NCBI GenBank assembly: GCA_964188305.1
Contig: OZ076885.1
From: Podarcis bocagei
Lineage: Eukaryota
DNA length: 64,000 bases
Direction: 5' to 3' (one strand)
Under the pieces are notes generated by a model. That model was not told the origin of the DNA, searched no databases, and was given only the letters and a program-made list of their open reading frames with translations. This document shows, in pieces, positions 28,624 to 43,379 of this stretch. Each line of letters begins with the position of its first letter. Position 1 is the first letter of the stretch. A program made the translations under genes and the position numbers.

Positions 28624-28889
28624 TAAAGATCTAACCACATGTTGTCGTGATGATGAATAATTCGACCTTTACCTTAAAATCCTAAATATTAATCTCTGAT
28701 TGCGGGGAAGGGGTTGCCTTTCTTTGATAAAGTATTATATTTGAAATGTGGCTGTTTTGGGAATTTATCAGTTTGTCTGTACTTTCTGCATTTTATTTTC
28801 CTCTGGCCTCACTGTTTACAAGCGCCCCCCCCCCCCCATTCCCCGACCAAACCATATACTTGTAACTTGAGATAACACTTTATTCATCT

Positions 28890-28968
28890 GCCATGAAAAG
28901 GTTAGTCTTTAAGATGCCCAAAGTCTCGGTGTTTTCTGCAACAGACTAACATGGTTATCCCTGAGACA
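28890..28968 (+). mobile_element. Penelope-like terminal-repeat remnant without a ribozyme core
   Basis: gttagtctttaagatgcc resembles 43540-43557; followed by gcaacagactaacatgg. Confidence 0.5.
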
Positions 28969-29034
28969 ACATTTTGTTTCCCCTCACAGTTCTTAGTTCA
29001 GTAGGTGGCCAGATTGCTAAAGAGATGGCTTGTA

Positions 29035-29655
29035 CAGTGGTGCATCGCAAGACGAAATTAATTCATTCCGCAAGTTTTTTCTTCTTGCGAGTTTTTCGTC
29101 TTGCGAAGCACGGTTTCCCATAGGAATGCATTGAAAATCAATCAATGTGTTCCTATGGAGACCATCCGGGGACAGAGGGGAAGTGCCGCGGGCCTTCCCC
29201 TCTGTCCCTGGACCTGTTTTAAAGCAAGGGAAGGGGCAACGGGGAGAATCACTTCTCCCCATTGCCGCCCCTTGGTTCAAAAGGGGTCTGGGGAGAGAGG
29301 GGAAGGCGCGTGTGCGCCTTCCCCTCTGTCCCCTCTTTTGAAGCAAGGGGCGGAGGGGAGAAGATCGCTTCTCCCCGTTGCCGCCCCTTGGTTCAAAAGG
29401 GGTCCGGGGACAGAGGGCAAGGCGCGCGCGCGCCTTCCCCTCTGTCCCCGGAGATTGCGGGGCTGGCAACGAGGAGAAGCGATCTTCTCCCCGCCGCCCC
29501 TTGCTTAAAAAGAGGTCCGGGGTGCGGGGGCAAGCTTCGTTTTGCGAAGCAAGCCCATAGGGAAATTTGTCTTGCGAAGCAACTCGAAAACGAAAAAACC
29601 TCTCGTCTTGCGAGTTTTTCGTCTCGCGAGGCGTTCGTCTTGCGGGGCACCACTG
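29035..29655. mobile_element. GCAAGACG-family MITE, copy C, with tandem hairpin core
   Basis: TIRs and TA TSD; internal repeats of about 120 bp built from inverted repeats. Confidence 0.92.
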
Positions 29656-31699
29656 TATTTGGAAGGAAACCTGGCTTGAATCAGTTGTACATCATAGAAA
29701 CAAGCATGAGGAAGGCAGAACCCCGTGATCTTGTCAGTTTGCTAATGTTTCATAGGAGATCAGTTGATGAAATCCTGAAAAGCACAACTGCAAATAGGCG
29801 TGTGAATTGATTAGTCTGAGAGCCTGTAACTTGACAGAAGCCACACTGGTTGAGCTTCATGACTAAGTTGTGGCATAAGTCTGGCTCTTCCACCCCTAAA
29901 CCAACACCTGTCTACTGAACCTAAGTGCCTAGAATATATATGCATGTTAATAATGGATCTGCACTCAGTGCACATAACCTGCACGATGTCTGAAGTTTGC
30001 ACACACCTGTTGAACTTGAATATTTGTGTATGGAATATTTTGTGTGTACATGTTCAAAACATACCGAGAAGTGTCCCTAAATATGACAACGCATAACACT
30101 CACAAATGTGAAAAGGTGTTAATAATAAGCATGACTCTTTGCATGCTGAAGGAGAGAACCTATGATTATTCACTCTTTTATGGGGAGACCGATTTCTGAA
30201 GGTTTGTTTTTTTATGCAAAGGTGTTTTCTGGATGCTCAGCATGTTTTGTGGAATCCTTTGTTGTGGTAAGAGTTGTTAGATGGGTGGCCCTTCATTAGT
30301 CGGTCATTTTGTTGTCGAGGCACCACAGAAGATGCCAAATAGCCAATAAATATTAGGTAACTCTCATTCAATCTGTTTAGCCAAGCAGAATGTTATGATT
30401 TAAAAGGGTAGCTTGCTTGGATTGTAAATTTACAAAAAGAGTGGCTTTCCCGTGGCGCAAATAATGAGAGGTTTGTAAGTGTAGAATTTCAGCAGATGAA
30501 GATGGGATATGTCAGTGGACTTGGACTTCGTCCAGCGTAGAGGCAAAAGGACCTCCAACAAAGACTCACTGTCGGGAGAGGACTGCTGAGGGCAACCAGA
30601 TTACTGTGGTGCCATAAAGAGGGAGGGAAATGACAGGATAGGGGAGCAAGGAATGCCATTTGAAAATTGGCCTGTTACCTTTTCATTGAGGGAGCATCAG
30701 AAGAAGAATGCATTTGAGAACATGGGCTTCAGCAAGGGAGAAGGAGCATGGTGCTTGCTGGGGGAGATCTTGGGACTGATTCTCATTCTTTTCATTGTAC
30801 ATGAAGTGCAGATTGAAATGCACTCCTGCATAGACTTCCCCATGTTACAGGCACACACTGTACAAGAGAAAGCAAAGCAAAAATAGGTTCTGCACACAAC
30901 AGCTTGATTTTAAAAATGAAGCGATTGGCAGCAACCATGATCTGAAGGGGCAAGTATATAGGGAGCTCAATTTTCAAGAAGTTGTGAGTGCTGAAATACT
31001 CTCTTTTAGAAATGAGTAGCATCCACTGAATGACTCAGCAGAGAGTGAAAGAACGGGAGTCTCTGACATCATTGAGTTGTGGGGAAAACCTAAATTCTGC
31101 CCTGACACTCAAGTTGCCAAGACTTGGGGGCCGGGATTTGGTTTTGCTTCCAGCTAAACTGTGACCCCAAGTGCAGCTACTTTATCTACCCATAGAATTA
31201 AAAGATTCCCATGGACTTCTGTGGAAGGAAGTAAATTGTTTCAGCTGCTGTCTCAAAGCCATGCAGAATGGTGCTTAATCGCACAAGCACACTTCTAAAA
31301 TCCTGTTTTAAACAGTCAGGTCACACTGTTCATGAAAGTGTTCTGTGTGCTCAGAAACACTTCACGTAAAGTTATTCTAAGTCTCAATCCTGAACATTTT
31401 CTCAGACCGGGTTAAGAGATTGCTTTCTAATTTGCTTGTAGATGTTGAATTTTTATGAAGAAATATGAAGCTGTAAATGTTGGTCTTTGGTAATGCAAAT
31501 GCAGGCTATGTAAAAAAGAAGCGCTGGAAAGTCCTTGTGAGTTGGGGAATATTTTCCCTGACTGCACCAGACTGTCTTCCTAATAGCCAAGGATTTCTGT
31601 GCTTCTGCTGGACTTGTTTCAGGACTGGTTCTGTGGAGACTGCAGGAGACGAATCCCTTAAGCATGAATTATTTCTGTTTTTTAATAAAAATAAAAATA

Positions 31700-31962
31700 A
31701 TAATTTTTTAAAATTTATTTATATCCCTCCCTTCCCAGCCGAAGCTGGGCTCAGAGCGGCTAACAACCATAAAAATAACACAGTTTACATAAAATCACAA
31801 TCAATTAATTGAAATACATTCTAAAATCAATTGAGAATCAAATTAATGGCAACCATTGGGCTTGAGTTCTATGAGGATTACCAAAGGAGGGGGTCAGACT
31901 GTGCCTTGGCCAAAGGCCTGGTGGAACAGCTCTGTCTTGCAGGCCCTGCAGAAAGATGTCAC
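31700..31962 (-). mobile_element. Inverted L2-like LINE 3' end
   Basis: Related to 43255-43325; caaaggcctggtggaacagctctgtcttgcaggccctg. Confidence 0.6.
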
Positions 31963-32172
31963 GTTAAGAAACAAGCCTGATGATTAATACTGCTTCAAGC
32001 AAATTTCAGTGCTGTCCTTGGCAGCTAGGTTCAAGTTGACCTGTTACTATTTTTCCTCCCTTTTTCTTGCATTGAGTAGGAAACCACAGTGCCCATGCAA
32101 TCTCTCATGTTTTGGGTTCAACTTTTCTAACCGGAGGCCTGCTTTTTTATTGTTGTCGTTCCTTTTCTGCAG

Positions 32173-32259
32173 TGTCTCTTGCGCCGCCGCCTCCCTCTAT
32201 CCTACAGGTAACTCCTCAGTTACCACTCATGGGATTTGTGGCCAGAGTTCAGGAGAATA
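32173..32259 (+). CDS. ABI2: ABI2 cassette exon 10 ([29 protein letters not shown])
   Basis: tgcag| and |gtaagt; 87 nt, phase 1-1. Confidence 0.93.
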
Positions 32260-33245
32260 GTAAGTATGCATTTTTATTTTGTTTTGATTCAGGTAGAGAT
32301 ATTTTAGTAAGCTTAAGCTCACCTGCAAGTGTTGGGTTTGGAAGATGACAATGTCTCTTGATCACAGACAACCTTGTAATGCCCACTTGCTTCTAATCTA
32401 GCAGACGTTCCACATTTAGATTGGTTGTTCATAGACTGTTTCATAAATTTTGTGCATCTACCAGTCAGCAGCCAAGACAGTGCATTTTGCAAAGTGTGAT
32501 GCTGTGGTCTTCTGCCAGGCAGAAGAGGAACACTTGTTTTTCATGTGGGATTGGGTCGATTACCTTCTGGCCCCCACTGCAGCAGCGTCCACATAGTGAC
32601 TAAACTCAGAGCTTCAAAGTTCCTGCTTTACAATCTGAAGGGCATGCAGTCCGCCCCAAAGCAAAAGAAAGCGACTTAACCAGGAACTGCCATTCAGCAT
32701 AACTATATGGGATTGAGAACATAAGGACAGCCCTACTGAATTCAACCAAAGACCCACCAAGTCCAACATTGTGGGGCCAGCCAGATATCTATGAAAAACC
32801 ACTAGAAGAGTGCAAGAGCTATAGCACTTTTTTCCCCCTTTTGAGTTCCCTAGCAAATGATGTTCAGAGACATACTGCCTCTGAGACTGGATTTGGAAGA
32901 TCTAGCAGCAGGTAATGTGGAACATGAATCTCTCTAGAAAAGGGCTGGTCCTCCAGCGCTGCTTAATTGTCAGAGATGATGAGAACAATGGTCCAAAGAC
33001 ACCTGGAGGGCCACAGATGTGCTACCTCTTCCCTAAAGTGGAAAAGCTGCTGATTTCCCTGATGTCCAGTGTTTGAGTGTCAGACTCGATGGAAGGTGAA
33101 CTTTGAACCTTGATCAGTGATTACACGCACTGCCTTGGATCTTTTCTGTCAAAGGAGGACAGCCCATTGAAGCAGACACTGGGCAGGGGGCGGGAATAAG
33201 ACTTGTAAAGCTCTTAATATATTGGACGTTCTGTATAGCCTTTAA

Positions 33246-33494
<249 letters not shown>

Positions 33495-35341
33495 TGAGGC
33501 AAGAGTCTTTTCCAGCCATTTGACATGGGTTCAGCTCACTGCACCTTACTGGCTATGCCTCATCCTTGAGATCCTTCAGATGTTATGTTGCCCGGTGGTG
33601 GCACAACATGAAATTAATATTTTACCAGTTGATAGTGTGTCTCAGAGTCCGAGCCACTTCCTTCAGCATGAGGGAAGACAAAACCAACGTTGGCCAGTCC
33701 CTGTGAAGCAACTGCTGCTCTCTCGGCTGGTGCTGGATCCTGGTAGCCGGTACTTTGCTAGTTTCTCCAGGATTCCAGTACAAGCAGGGAACGGATCGGA
33801 TCTGTGTTTACCCTTTTTTTATTTAATAAGCAAGCCAGCTCTTTCTAATCTTGCGGTTTGGTAAGAAAAACCTGTTTTCCGTATCCTCCCCATTCACAAT
33901 TGTCATTCTTGCAAGCTTGCACCACAGAACACCACAGCTTGCACCACAGGGCTGGGAAGTAGGATCTGGCGGGTGGGCTGGATCCTGAACTCCCCCACTC
34001 ACTGGGAACTCCACTTGCTCTTCGGTGCCAAATGCATGCCTGCTGGGATCAGCTTTACTTGTCTGATTGGAGCTCCCAGATGCAACCATTCCTGCCTTCA
34101 AGCAGGGCTGGTAAGACAGAGGGATCAGCTCCACATAGGTGTTCTGGTGGGGAACTCGGCAGTGGGCTGATCCCAGCTGGCTTGCATTCAGCACTGACTG
34201 CAACGATCTGGTTTGCACTCTAGATCCATTATTTCCTTGCAGCTTTGCCTGCTCCACCCCTGACTTCAGGGCATGGCTGTTGGGAAAATGGCCTCACAGG
34301 CCAAATTAGGACCTTTGGCAGGCTTAATTTGACTCGCAGGCTGGAGGTTTCCCATTCCTGTTGAGTGACTGTCCTCTAGTATCCTTTGCTCTGTCACGTA
34401 ACAGATCACAGCGTGAAAAAGCATATTGAATAGTAAGTTAATTCATATTTCTTATTACATCTGTAAGCCAACATTAATTCAAACTCCCCCTTTTTTCCCC
34501 TTGGAGAGGAAAGAAACGAAAGAATTTTTTGTGCGTGAGAAAGAATGCAGAAAGAAAGGGAATCTTAGCTGATTAAAAAGTAATTCCATAAGGTCTTCAG
34601 CCACCTGAATTTGTGGGCCGTAGTAAAACAGAACTATGCAGAACTACCAAAAGATATTGGCAGTTCTGCATCTGACATACTAGAAAAACAACAATAGGTA
34701 GATTGCATCGGTTGGACAGTCCCTTTGAATTGAATTGGTTTCTCTTTCTCTCTTGCAACCCTTGCCTGGCCTGTTTGTTTTTTTGCTCGTATGCAGAAAC
34801 TGAATTTATCTCCATTTCATCACTGCACAAGTTTGAGAAAGGAAACGAGCAGTTAGAATTCCTCGGTAGACCTGCCTTTTGCTACTTTTAGGAAAGCAAG
34901 CAGCATTTTTTAAGGATGTCGTAACCCATCAATTTACTATGTGGGGACTGTTCTCACCAAGACCCCCTTTTTATTATATGAAACCAGAGGGGGAGCATCA
35001 TGTTGTGTTGACTTTTTCCAAAATAGTTTTATACATTGGTCATTTTGGAAACCCTAAATAAGCTTCCTCTTTTTCAGTAGTAGCAATTACTTGGTTCAGT
35101 CTTTTGTATATTGGAATGAGAGGCGTGGAGTAGGCCAAAATTTCTCCCATTTTTATTTTTAGAACTTCAGCATTTGAGCACAAAATATTCTGAAACATCG
35201 AAAGTCATGTTTTGGCCTTTTGGGCGAGGAACTGACTTCTTGCGCAAACAGGGAGAAAGACAGCATTCAAATCGGCTGCTGTTAAAGAGAAATGTCTGCT
35301 GTTTGGGAAATGAGGGATTGAAAGCTATAATATGATTTTGA

Positions 35342-35587
<246 letters not shown>

Positions 35588-37875
35588 AGACGGCCACAAC
35601 AAGAGGCAGATTTGCACCTTGCTTGCCATGAGGTTGTTGGGCTCCCCAGATCTTCTCCAGCGGCTGGGGGTGCCTGTCAAATGAACTGAAGGAAGGAAGG
35701 ATCATTGTAAACAAAACCACTCTTTATTTTTTTTGTTTTGCTCCCCCCTCCCCCAACCATTTTATAAAATAGTGATTTGAGTTGTTTTGGAGAAATGGTT
35801 CTTCCATTTGCCAGCGGCGGCTGGGCTGAGCTGAACGACGTATTTGAATAAGCTGACCGATTTTTGGTGTAGATATAGGAGATGTAACGAACTTGCCAAT
35901 TAACCGATCCGTTGCTCAAATTGTGACCCATTCAACCAAGACATGGGATTTTTCTCAGGAATAATGTAAGCCCTGGTATTGGGACATCCCAGATGCCAGT
36001 GCTGAAGGGTTGGCTTCGATAGGCCATCCACCCCCCTCCCTCTTTGCCTTTCCCCAAGTCCCCATTCTTCACTCTCTTACTATTGGAAAGAGCGTTATTG
36101 TACTGGCAAACATTTTGGGGTTCACACACCAACTGGATCTCAGGTTGGTTCCTTGCATCTCTGACCCAAAACACTTCTGCAGCTGTTCAGCACATGTAGC
36201 CTGATCCAGGTCACACGGAGCTGGTTTCGAATCACATTCCTCTTGCTTTGAGAACACAGGAAGTTGTAGCTTTCTGCTTGGCCTCCTGTTATATAGATCC
36301 TTGAAAGCTTCGAGCGAGGCCTCATTTGGTGAAATGGTTGTTAAAAAGTTGGAAGGAAGATGAAGCTTGAAATTAAGATTTGGGCTGCTTCCCTATTTGG
36401 AAAAATATCCAGGGAATAGTTTGCATCCTCCTCTCTTGATAAGTGACATATTGTCCAGATTCTGCTTTCAGAATACGTATAAGCCACATCTTGTGGTTTC
36501 ACATATCAGGCTTCAGCCCTGGTTCTTCTCCCGAAGGCTGGCTGCAATCTTCTGAAATTACCTCATGTTTTATAGTTTGGGGAATTAGAATAGAGAAGAA
36601 TTCAATATCTCTAGAGGTGGGGGAAGTTTGAATTCATTCATAAGTTTTAGCTAAAAGTTTGAGCTGTTTGGCTCAAATATCATGCATACCAATCGGATGG
36701 TACAATTCGACTTCAGTGCGTATCATGAAAGGCTTGTGGAGGCAGGCAGACAAATGTGGCTGAGGCCTGTTAGCTGATCTTGCAAGGAATCCAGAGGGCT
36801 GCCTTCTGTTTTGGTTTCCTTTGAAGGCAAATTAGAAACGGAAGAGAGCTTGAGCTACCTTTTCTCCAGTCTTTCAGATGAGTGATTTTCTTAAATGTGA
36901 GGAGAAGCCTTCTGTAATGGCTTCTTAAGTTTTAAGGCCAAACTTGATGACACGTGAAATGTCTTTGCTTTTGGTTAAATTGCAGCTGTCCTATTCAGGC
37001 ATGGGGTAGTAGGGGGCTAACCATTTCCCTCCTACATCACGGTTCCCTCAAAAATAGCCTTTTCCAAGCAGTTGTTAGTTGCAGAAGGAAGTTGCTGCCG
37101 CCACCAATGGCAGATTCCCTCTCATACAGAGAGCAGCTTTGAAAGGAATCCCTGTAATTTTTGATGGAACCGTGGTGTGGAAGAAAATGTGTCTCCCCTC
37201 CCCCCAATATGCCGCAGCCCCCATCCTGACCCCCATAACAGCAACCCAAATGAACCATGAATATGCAAAATGCAACCACATCTCTCCCTGACCTGTTGAG
37301 TCTTCACTTCAATAGTGACCGAAAAGTGATGAACCTGGAACCACATGTTATGCTAGCCTGCCTTTCTTAACACCAACTAGCCAAAATTCCACGAGACCAG
37401 CAAAAATGTGGTTTTGCAGGCATCTAGTTCCTCTATCTGCGCAGGCTGTCTTGGCTTACCCCCTGCAGCTGGTGTGCTCGGAAATCTTCTTCATCATGCT
37501 TTGCTCGAGCCAGGAGCAGAATTCAAGCGGTACCAAGAATCTAGCGTAGATTTTATGTATCTCCCATCTGCACAGTTTGCTTATGTGGGGAGTGCCTTCA
37601 GAGATCGCAGAATCAGTGCTCCGAGCAGCTCTAGCCTCACTAAAATGGGATGGCTTTCAGGACTGGCTTGTTTGACGGAGTCAAGGCTTTATGGGGCTGT
37701 AGCCCTATAGGCACTGGAGCATTAGGGCAAATTTCTGGCATGATCAGTCTTTACTCCCTGCACAGAATGTGCATGATAAGACTCCTACATATCTACATTT
37801 GTGCATGCTCTGTCTGCTATGAGAGGACGTTGTCTTCTATTATGGCTGCGATGCAACCATGCACAAATGTAAGTA

Positions 37876-38240
37876 CAGTGGTGCCTCGCAAGACGAATGC
37901 CTCGCAAAACGAAAAACTCGCAAGACGAAAGAGTTTTCCGTTTTCAAGTCGTCCCGCAAGACGAATTTCCCTATGGGCTTGCTTCGCAAGAAGAAAGCCC
38001 ATAGGGAAATCTCCGGGGACCTCTTTTAAAGTGCTGGCGGTCGGGAGCAAAGACTTTCGCCCACCGCCGGCCTTCAGAAGAGGTCCTGGACCTCTTCTGA
38101 AGGCCGGCGGGGGGCAAAAGTCTTTGCTCCCCCCCCCGCCTGCCTTCCCGGGACAGCAGAGACTTCTCCGCTGTCCCGGGCGATCTTAAAATGCTGGCCG
38201 GCGGCAGCGAAGCCTTTTTAAAAGCCCCCGGGGACTTGCT
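37876..38240. mobile_element. GCAAGACG-family MITE, copy D, one end missing, in the inferred ABI2 3'UTR
   Basis: First about 115 bp are the reverse complement of the right ends of A/B/C; palindromic core. Confidence 0.85.
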
Positions 38241-39558
38241 CAGCTCGACACGATAAACCCTTGGCGCTCTCATCTGATTCTGTGCAGGAGGAGGCAAGTC
38301 TCGGATATTGTTCTGGGCTTTGATGCAGAATGCCTTCAAGAGAACTAGGTGCTGGAAAGAAAAACGGGGAAAGAAATGTTGTTTTCCCTTCTGCGCAAAG
38401 CACATTGTGTACCTGCAAGGTAGCTTGCTATGTTGCAAAGAGCTTTTATAGCCGTGAAAAATCCGAAGGAAACAAGGCAGGATAATGAGGATGCTTGAAT
38501 TAGAGTTTCCTTCTTCTCCAACTGCTCCTGCGGGGAGGGGAGCATCCCCCACCACCCCGTTTGGGGACCCATCTTAATTTCCCCCATTGTTGATGCACTT
38601 TAAGTCTGGTACTGGGCCCTTGACTTCTCGAGAATACTTACCCCCAATTAAACCTCACCCCATTACTCCACCCTCCCCCCACAAAAAAACAAACAGGTTG
38701 CCTTAGTGCCGGATTCGTCACATCTTAAGAGAGTTCCTGTCTTCTTAGCCCTTCTGGAAAACGCCACAATATCGTTCATCTTAGATTATACAGCTGACCA
38801 AACAGCAGACCTGCAGTTCCGATGCCGAAATATCATAATCTGTCGCTTTTGAGGTTGCAGCTTGGTTTTATTTCTAAGAGCAAGGGAAGTTGGCTTGGAG
38901 TGTAGGTCCAATCCGGACAGATTCCTCACACGCACAAGTTGTTTGGAGAAGCTTCTGAGATTGTATCTGTAGTGGGTTCCCCCCTTTTAAAAGTGCTTTC
39001 ACTATAGAATTGGTTTATAAGGAGCTTCTCTGCACTGGGTGTTTTTTTTTTAATGGTTGCATTTCCTTGGTTGTGTGGAGAGGGACTCTGATGATTGTTG
39101 CCGGCTCCAGTGGGGGGCAATGCCAAGTGTTGCCCTAGAAGACTTGATTTTTGTGGCCGTTCCCCACAAACCTCCCGGGCCAAGATCACTTTCCATGAAG
39201 CTGCTGCAGACGGTCTTTCCAGATTGCTCGCCTCTTGCTGGTCTTATGCTTTCTATTCTGCAGTACTAACGTAAAGAACTTCCTTGGATTTTACGCTTTT
39301 TTATTTTGTACAGTTTTGAATTCTGTAGAATGTTTAGGGACGATATGTACCCGGCCCAAAGTAATCAGACTTTGTATGTATGTAATGTTGCATAGACTGC
39401 ATGCTATTTCAAGTCAGTGAGGGTGGTACTCCATCTATCGGTTGTAATTTCCTCTAAACGTTCCCTTTTTTAATTTAATGTTGACTTCTTTTTTAAAGAA
39501 AAGGGGGTGGGTGGGGGACGGGAAAAAGAGGGTGGGGGGACAGGCCTGGGAAATTGGA

Positions 39559-39564
39559 AATAAA
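39559..39564 (+). terminator. Candidate proximal ABI2 poly(A) signal AATAAA
   Basis: Hexamer after a UGUA/U-rich block. Confidence 0.5.
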
Positions 39565-42116
39565 ATCATTTTCTCCCCATAGAGTCCTGCTTTCAAAAAT
39601 CAAACTGAGGTGTTAAAAGTTATGATGATTTGAACATTTACTTTCAGCTTCTTAAGTGCAAACAGTGTAAGAGTTCTGTGTATGATCCGATATCAAGCTC
39701 CTGATCATTTATTCCTTCATAAAATGGCTTTCATTCCCTTGGCCTTCCTTCTCCCACCCATGCAAGTAATGGATCCAAGATGTGTGTGTTTTTCCTGCTG
39801 CTCGCATTGGCTTCCTGCTTAAAGACAAAATCTCGGGTTCCAAAACACCGGGAACAAATCCTTCCAAGCCAGAAGAGATGCCAATCTAGAGTAGGAATGA
39901 TGTATCGCTGGAGTCTTTGCTTCTGGTTGGTTGTTCTTTCCAGGGGCTGCCTCTGCTCTGCTTTGTGTAAACTTAGCACTGTCCCCCTAGTTTTGCTCCT
40001 GAAGCCTTGCGCACATGCTATGTAAAGGGGAAGAGGGACTAAGGCCATACTCCATGGCTCTGCACGGCACACCAGCGTGGCACAGAAGATGCTATGGAGA
40101 CCTGCAAGTGAGTTTCGTCTTGCTACCTTGGACTATATTAGCAATGTTTAGAAGGTGGGGGGGGGGGGGGAGAAGAGAATTTAATAAGAGGCTCACGAAA
40201 CATTGACCGCCAGTTTGCAGATGCTATGCGCTGCTAAAGCTCAGGTTCGAACATGCGGATGGCCTGCTTTTCTATCTTTGCCCCCCCTTCCCATTTTGGA
40301 TCATGTCATGATATTAAAAAGTCCCATTGTTTCCAACTCTCTTCTGTAATCTTGCATACAAATATTGGGAAAACCCAGGCCTGTCCGTTAATGGGACATT
40401 GCCTGATGGCAGATCCCCATCATTGGAGCATCGCTGAGGACCTTGAGTAAATGGGTCCCTTTCCACAAGGTTTCGGGGTGGAATGAACCTTGGGAGCTGT
40501 TGAGTTTTCGCATCAACATCTAGCTGTGTGGGGTGATTCTCTCCCCCCAGCCCAAGGAGGACAACGGTTGCCAACTTACTCTCTTTAAAGTAACAATTTC
40601 TTACCTGGGCTGCCATCATTCAATTTTTGAAGTGGCATCTTCAGTAAGTAGAACTGACTTCTAGTGTTTTCCAGTCTCTGCTGGGCGAAAGCCTTAAATG
40701 TTCCGTTTTTCTCAGTATTATCCCATTGATCTCGGCTTTGAGCTAAACCCAAAGCAGTAAACACTTTCCCCTGTAGGAAAGGGGGGCTAATTCTAAATTT
40801 CCCCGAGCAAATTCTGCCAGGGAAAACCAACCAAGGGCATGGCTAGGTTTGGTGCTAAAATTGAATGGAGCATGATGTATGAATGGAAATAGGGTGTCTT
40901 CCAATTTGTAGTTTCTGGGGCAGCCTTTGAACATAGAGCAGTATTTGAAAGTGTCATAAGCTTAATGAGGGGAATGATGACTTTAAGACTTGATAACCGG
41001 GGGGTGATTTCTCAGTGATGCTGGTTAACCTCTCGGTGTTAACTTTGTGTGTGGGAGACATAAGAGGCAGACATAGATGTTAAAAAACGGTGCACAGCTC
41101 ATATCCTAAATGAAGATGGGGATAGTCCTTGTTCACGAGAAATGATTCCTTGCAAATGAGAGAGAATGGGGTGGTAGCCAACTCGTAGGTTTTACTCATA
41201 AATGGACCCACTGAAATTAAGGAAATGTGACCAATTTCAGTGGGCCTACTGTGAGTAAAACTTAGTTGGATAACACCCATGACTCTTAAACCTGCAGTAT
41301 TAAGACACTCACTTTTTTCCAAATGAGGAGTGTTGCGGTATTTAAATGCAAAACGAAGCTAACTGATGTTGCCTAAATCTAGGTCGCCTTGATATTTTTA
41401 TTTCAAAGGCCAGATTTTCCTAGGCAAATGAAATTTGGAGGGACTGTCATTTTTACCCGAGTATTAGATTTACCATCTTCTGCAGCTGCTATTATGTGTA
41501 TGCAGCATTTGACCATACCTTTGTTTGTAGTTAACGTGCTTTCTTGAGAAGAATGGCATATGCCTGTCTTTTTTCTTAGCGCCGTTTCTAAAGGCAGCAA
41601 ACCGGCATGCCTTGAGGCGAGCATAAAATTTTGAGACCAGAGTTGTGCTTGGACCGGAGAATGAAATTGTATGCAGTTCAGTGATTCTTTTCTTATTGAT
41701 GATGCTATCTATCGTGTGTACCAAATTCTAAGAGACTGGGTTAAAAGCACAGGCTGGTGTCCGTTAGGATCTTGCTGAATCTCGATGATCAGGTGCTTAT
41801 TTTTCTCACGTAACTATCATTGCTTATGTATGGATAGGTTTCTGAAACCTATCACAATGGAAACAAACTCCAATTTGGTTTACACTGAGCAACCTCTGCT
41901 ACTAGTGGCAAGTGTTTATTTCCTGAGCTCTTGTGGTGACCTCACAGATGGTGAGAATTGTGCAGGATTCTAAAGAAAGCCCTGTTAATTATGTTTTACT
42001 GTGTGTGCCATTAAACCACCTTCCAATGAATGAGGGAGCATAAATTTTTAAGAGTTTTTAAACTGTATTTGGAATTAACTGTTGCTGTGTACTAAACCCT
42101 CTTGTTACAAGTCCTA

Positions 42117-42122
42117 AATAAA
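42117..42122 (+). terminator. Candidate distal ABI2 poly(A) signal AATAAA
   Basis: Hexamer after ctgtattt and tgtact motifs typical of mRNA ends. Confidence 0.55.
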
Positions 42123-43188
42123 AAAAGAAAGCACACTCCAATTCTCTCCAAGCGTCTTGAGGTTGTCCCCTCCTTGCCAGATATGGCATTAATTGAACTG
42201 CTGTGTGGACTGAGATTAAATTAAATTCCTGTTGGTTCCGGGAATAACTGTGTCTCTCTTTGTAATAGTTCCAGATAATACCAAGATGTCATAAACTGCA
42301 GTGGATGCAAAAATAGTGTTAAGGACACTCCTCATTTTGAGTGGCTCCAAGAACTTTAGAGGGAGCTTGGAAGGTGGAAGATCTGATCTAGGATACCGTA
42401 AAGTTACAGTCCCTGAAAGTGTGTATAAAACTTGCATTGAAATCCTTTAACTAACAGGTGCTGCGTATCTCCCAATCTGAGTATTTTCAGATAAGCTAAG
42501 TGGGTATTTTTAATGCTTCACTATGTTTGGACACCACCTTAGGGAGCTAGGTCAATCTATGCTCCGCATGCAGCAGGTTTGTGGTCTTGTGATGCAATAT
42601 TTTCCTTTATCCACCTGCGCAGGGCATGGTGATGGACTGAAGCAACGAGCCCTTGAATGCAGGGATTTCCAGGCACTTGTTGCATTTCATGCTTTTGCCT
42701 CAAACTCTTGTCTACACATACTGAAATTTGTGCTTTAGACATTCCCAGATTTCACAAGTGTGGGATTGTCAGTATTTTCTTCCTCTGGTCTGATGTGAAG
42801 CAGCAAGCTGGTATCCTCTAGTTTTGAGAGACACTATTAACGAAGATGGCATTAAACTTCCAATTCCTGCTAATGATATTTGTGTACATGATGACCTAAT
42901 TAAAAGCAAAGGTGGGTGTGTATAGAGGAATAGTAACATTGCTGAGTAAGTAATGTCTTCTTCAAAAGGTGAATGTTCTGTTTCAGTAGAGACTTATGAA
43001 GGGATGTGCAAGGCACACTTGCAGAAAAAGTATTGATATACTCCAAGCACAGAGGCGTAGGAAGGTCAGGTGGTACCTGGTGCGAAAAATTTCTTGTCGC
43101 CCCCCCATTGATTTTTTTCTTTTGCCTGCAAAAATGGTTTTACATTATTTCATATTTTCTTACAAAGGAATAAGAATAAGTAGTAGAA

Positions 43189-43189
<1 letters not shown>

Positions 43190-43248
<59 letters not shown>
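43190..43248. repeat. (AAT)n microsatellite
   Basis: Seen directly. Confidence 0.95.
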
Positions 43249-43250
<2 letters not shown>

Positions 43251-43379
43251 CCAAAACCCTTTTATTTCTATCCCGCCTTCCCTGGCCGAAGTCAGGCTCA
43301 GGGTGGCTAACATCAGATACATAACATTGGTATAAAATCAAACAATTAAATTAAAATCAAACAATTAAATTAAATTAAA

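Larger units (their letters stand above)
35588..42140 (+). other. ABI2: Probable long ABI2 3'UTR with two candidate poly(A) sites
   Basis: Follows the stop codon; comparatively repeat-poor; U/UG-rich blocks near 39290-39480 and 41760-42120; the end is inferred. Confidence 0.6.
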
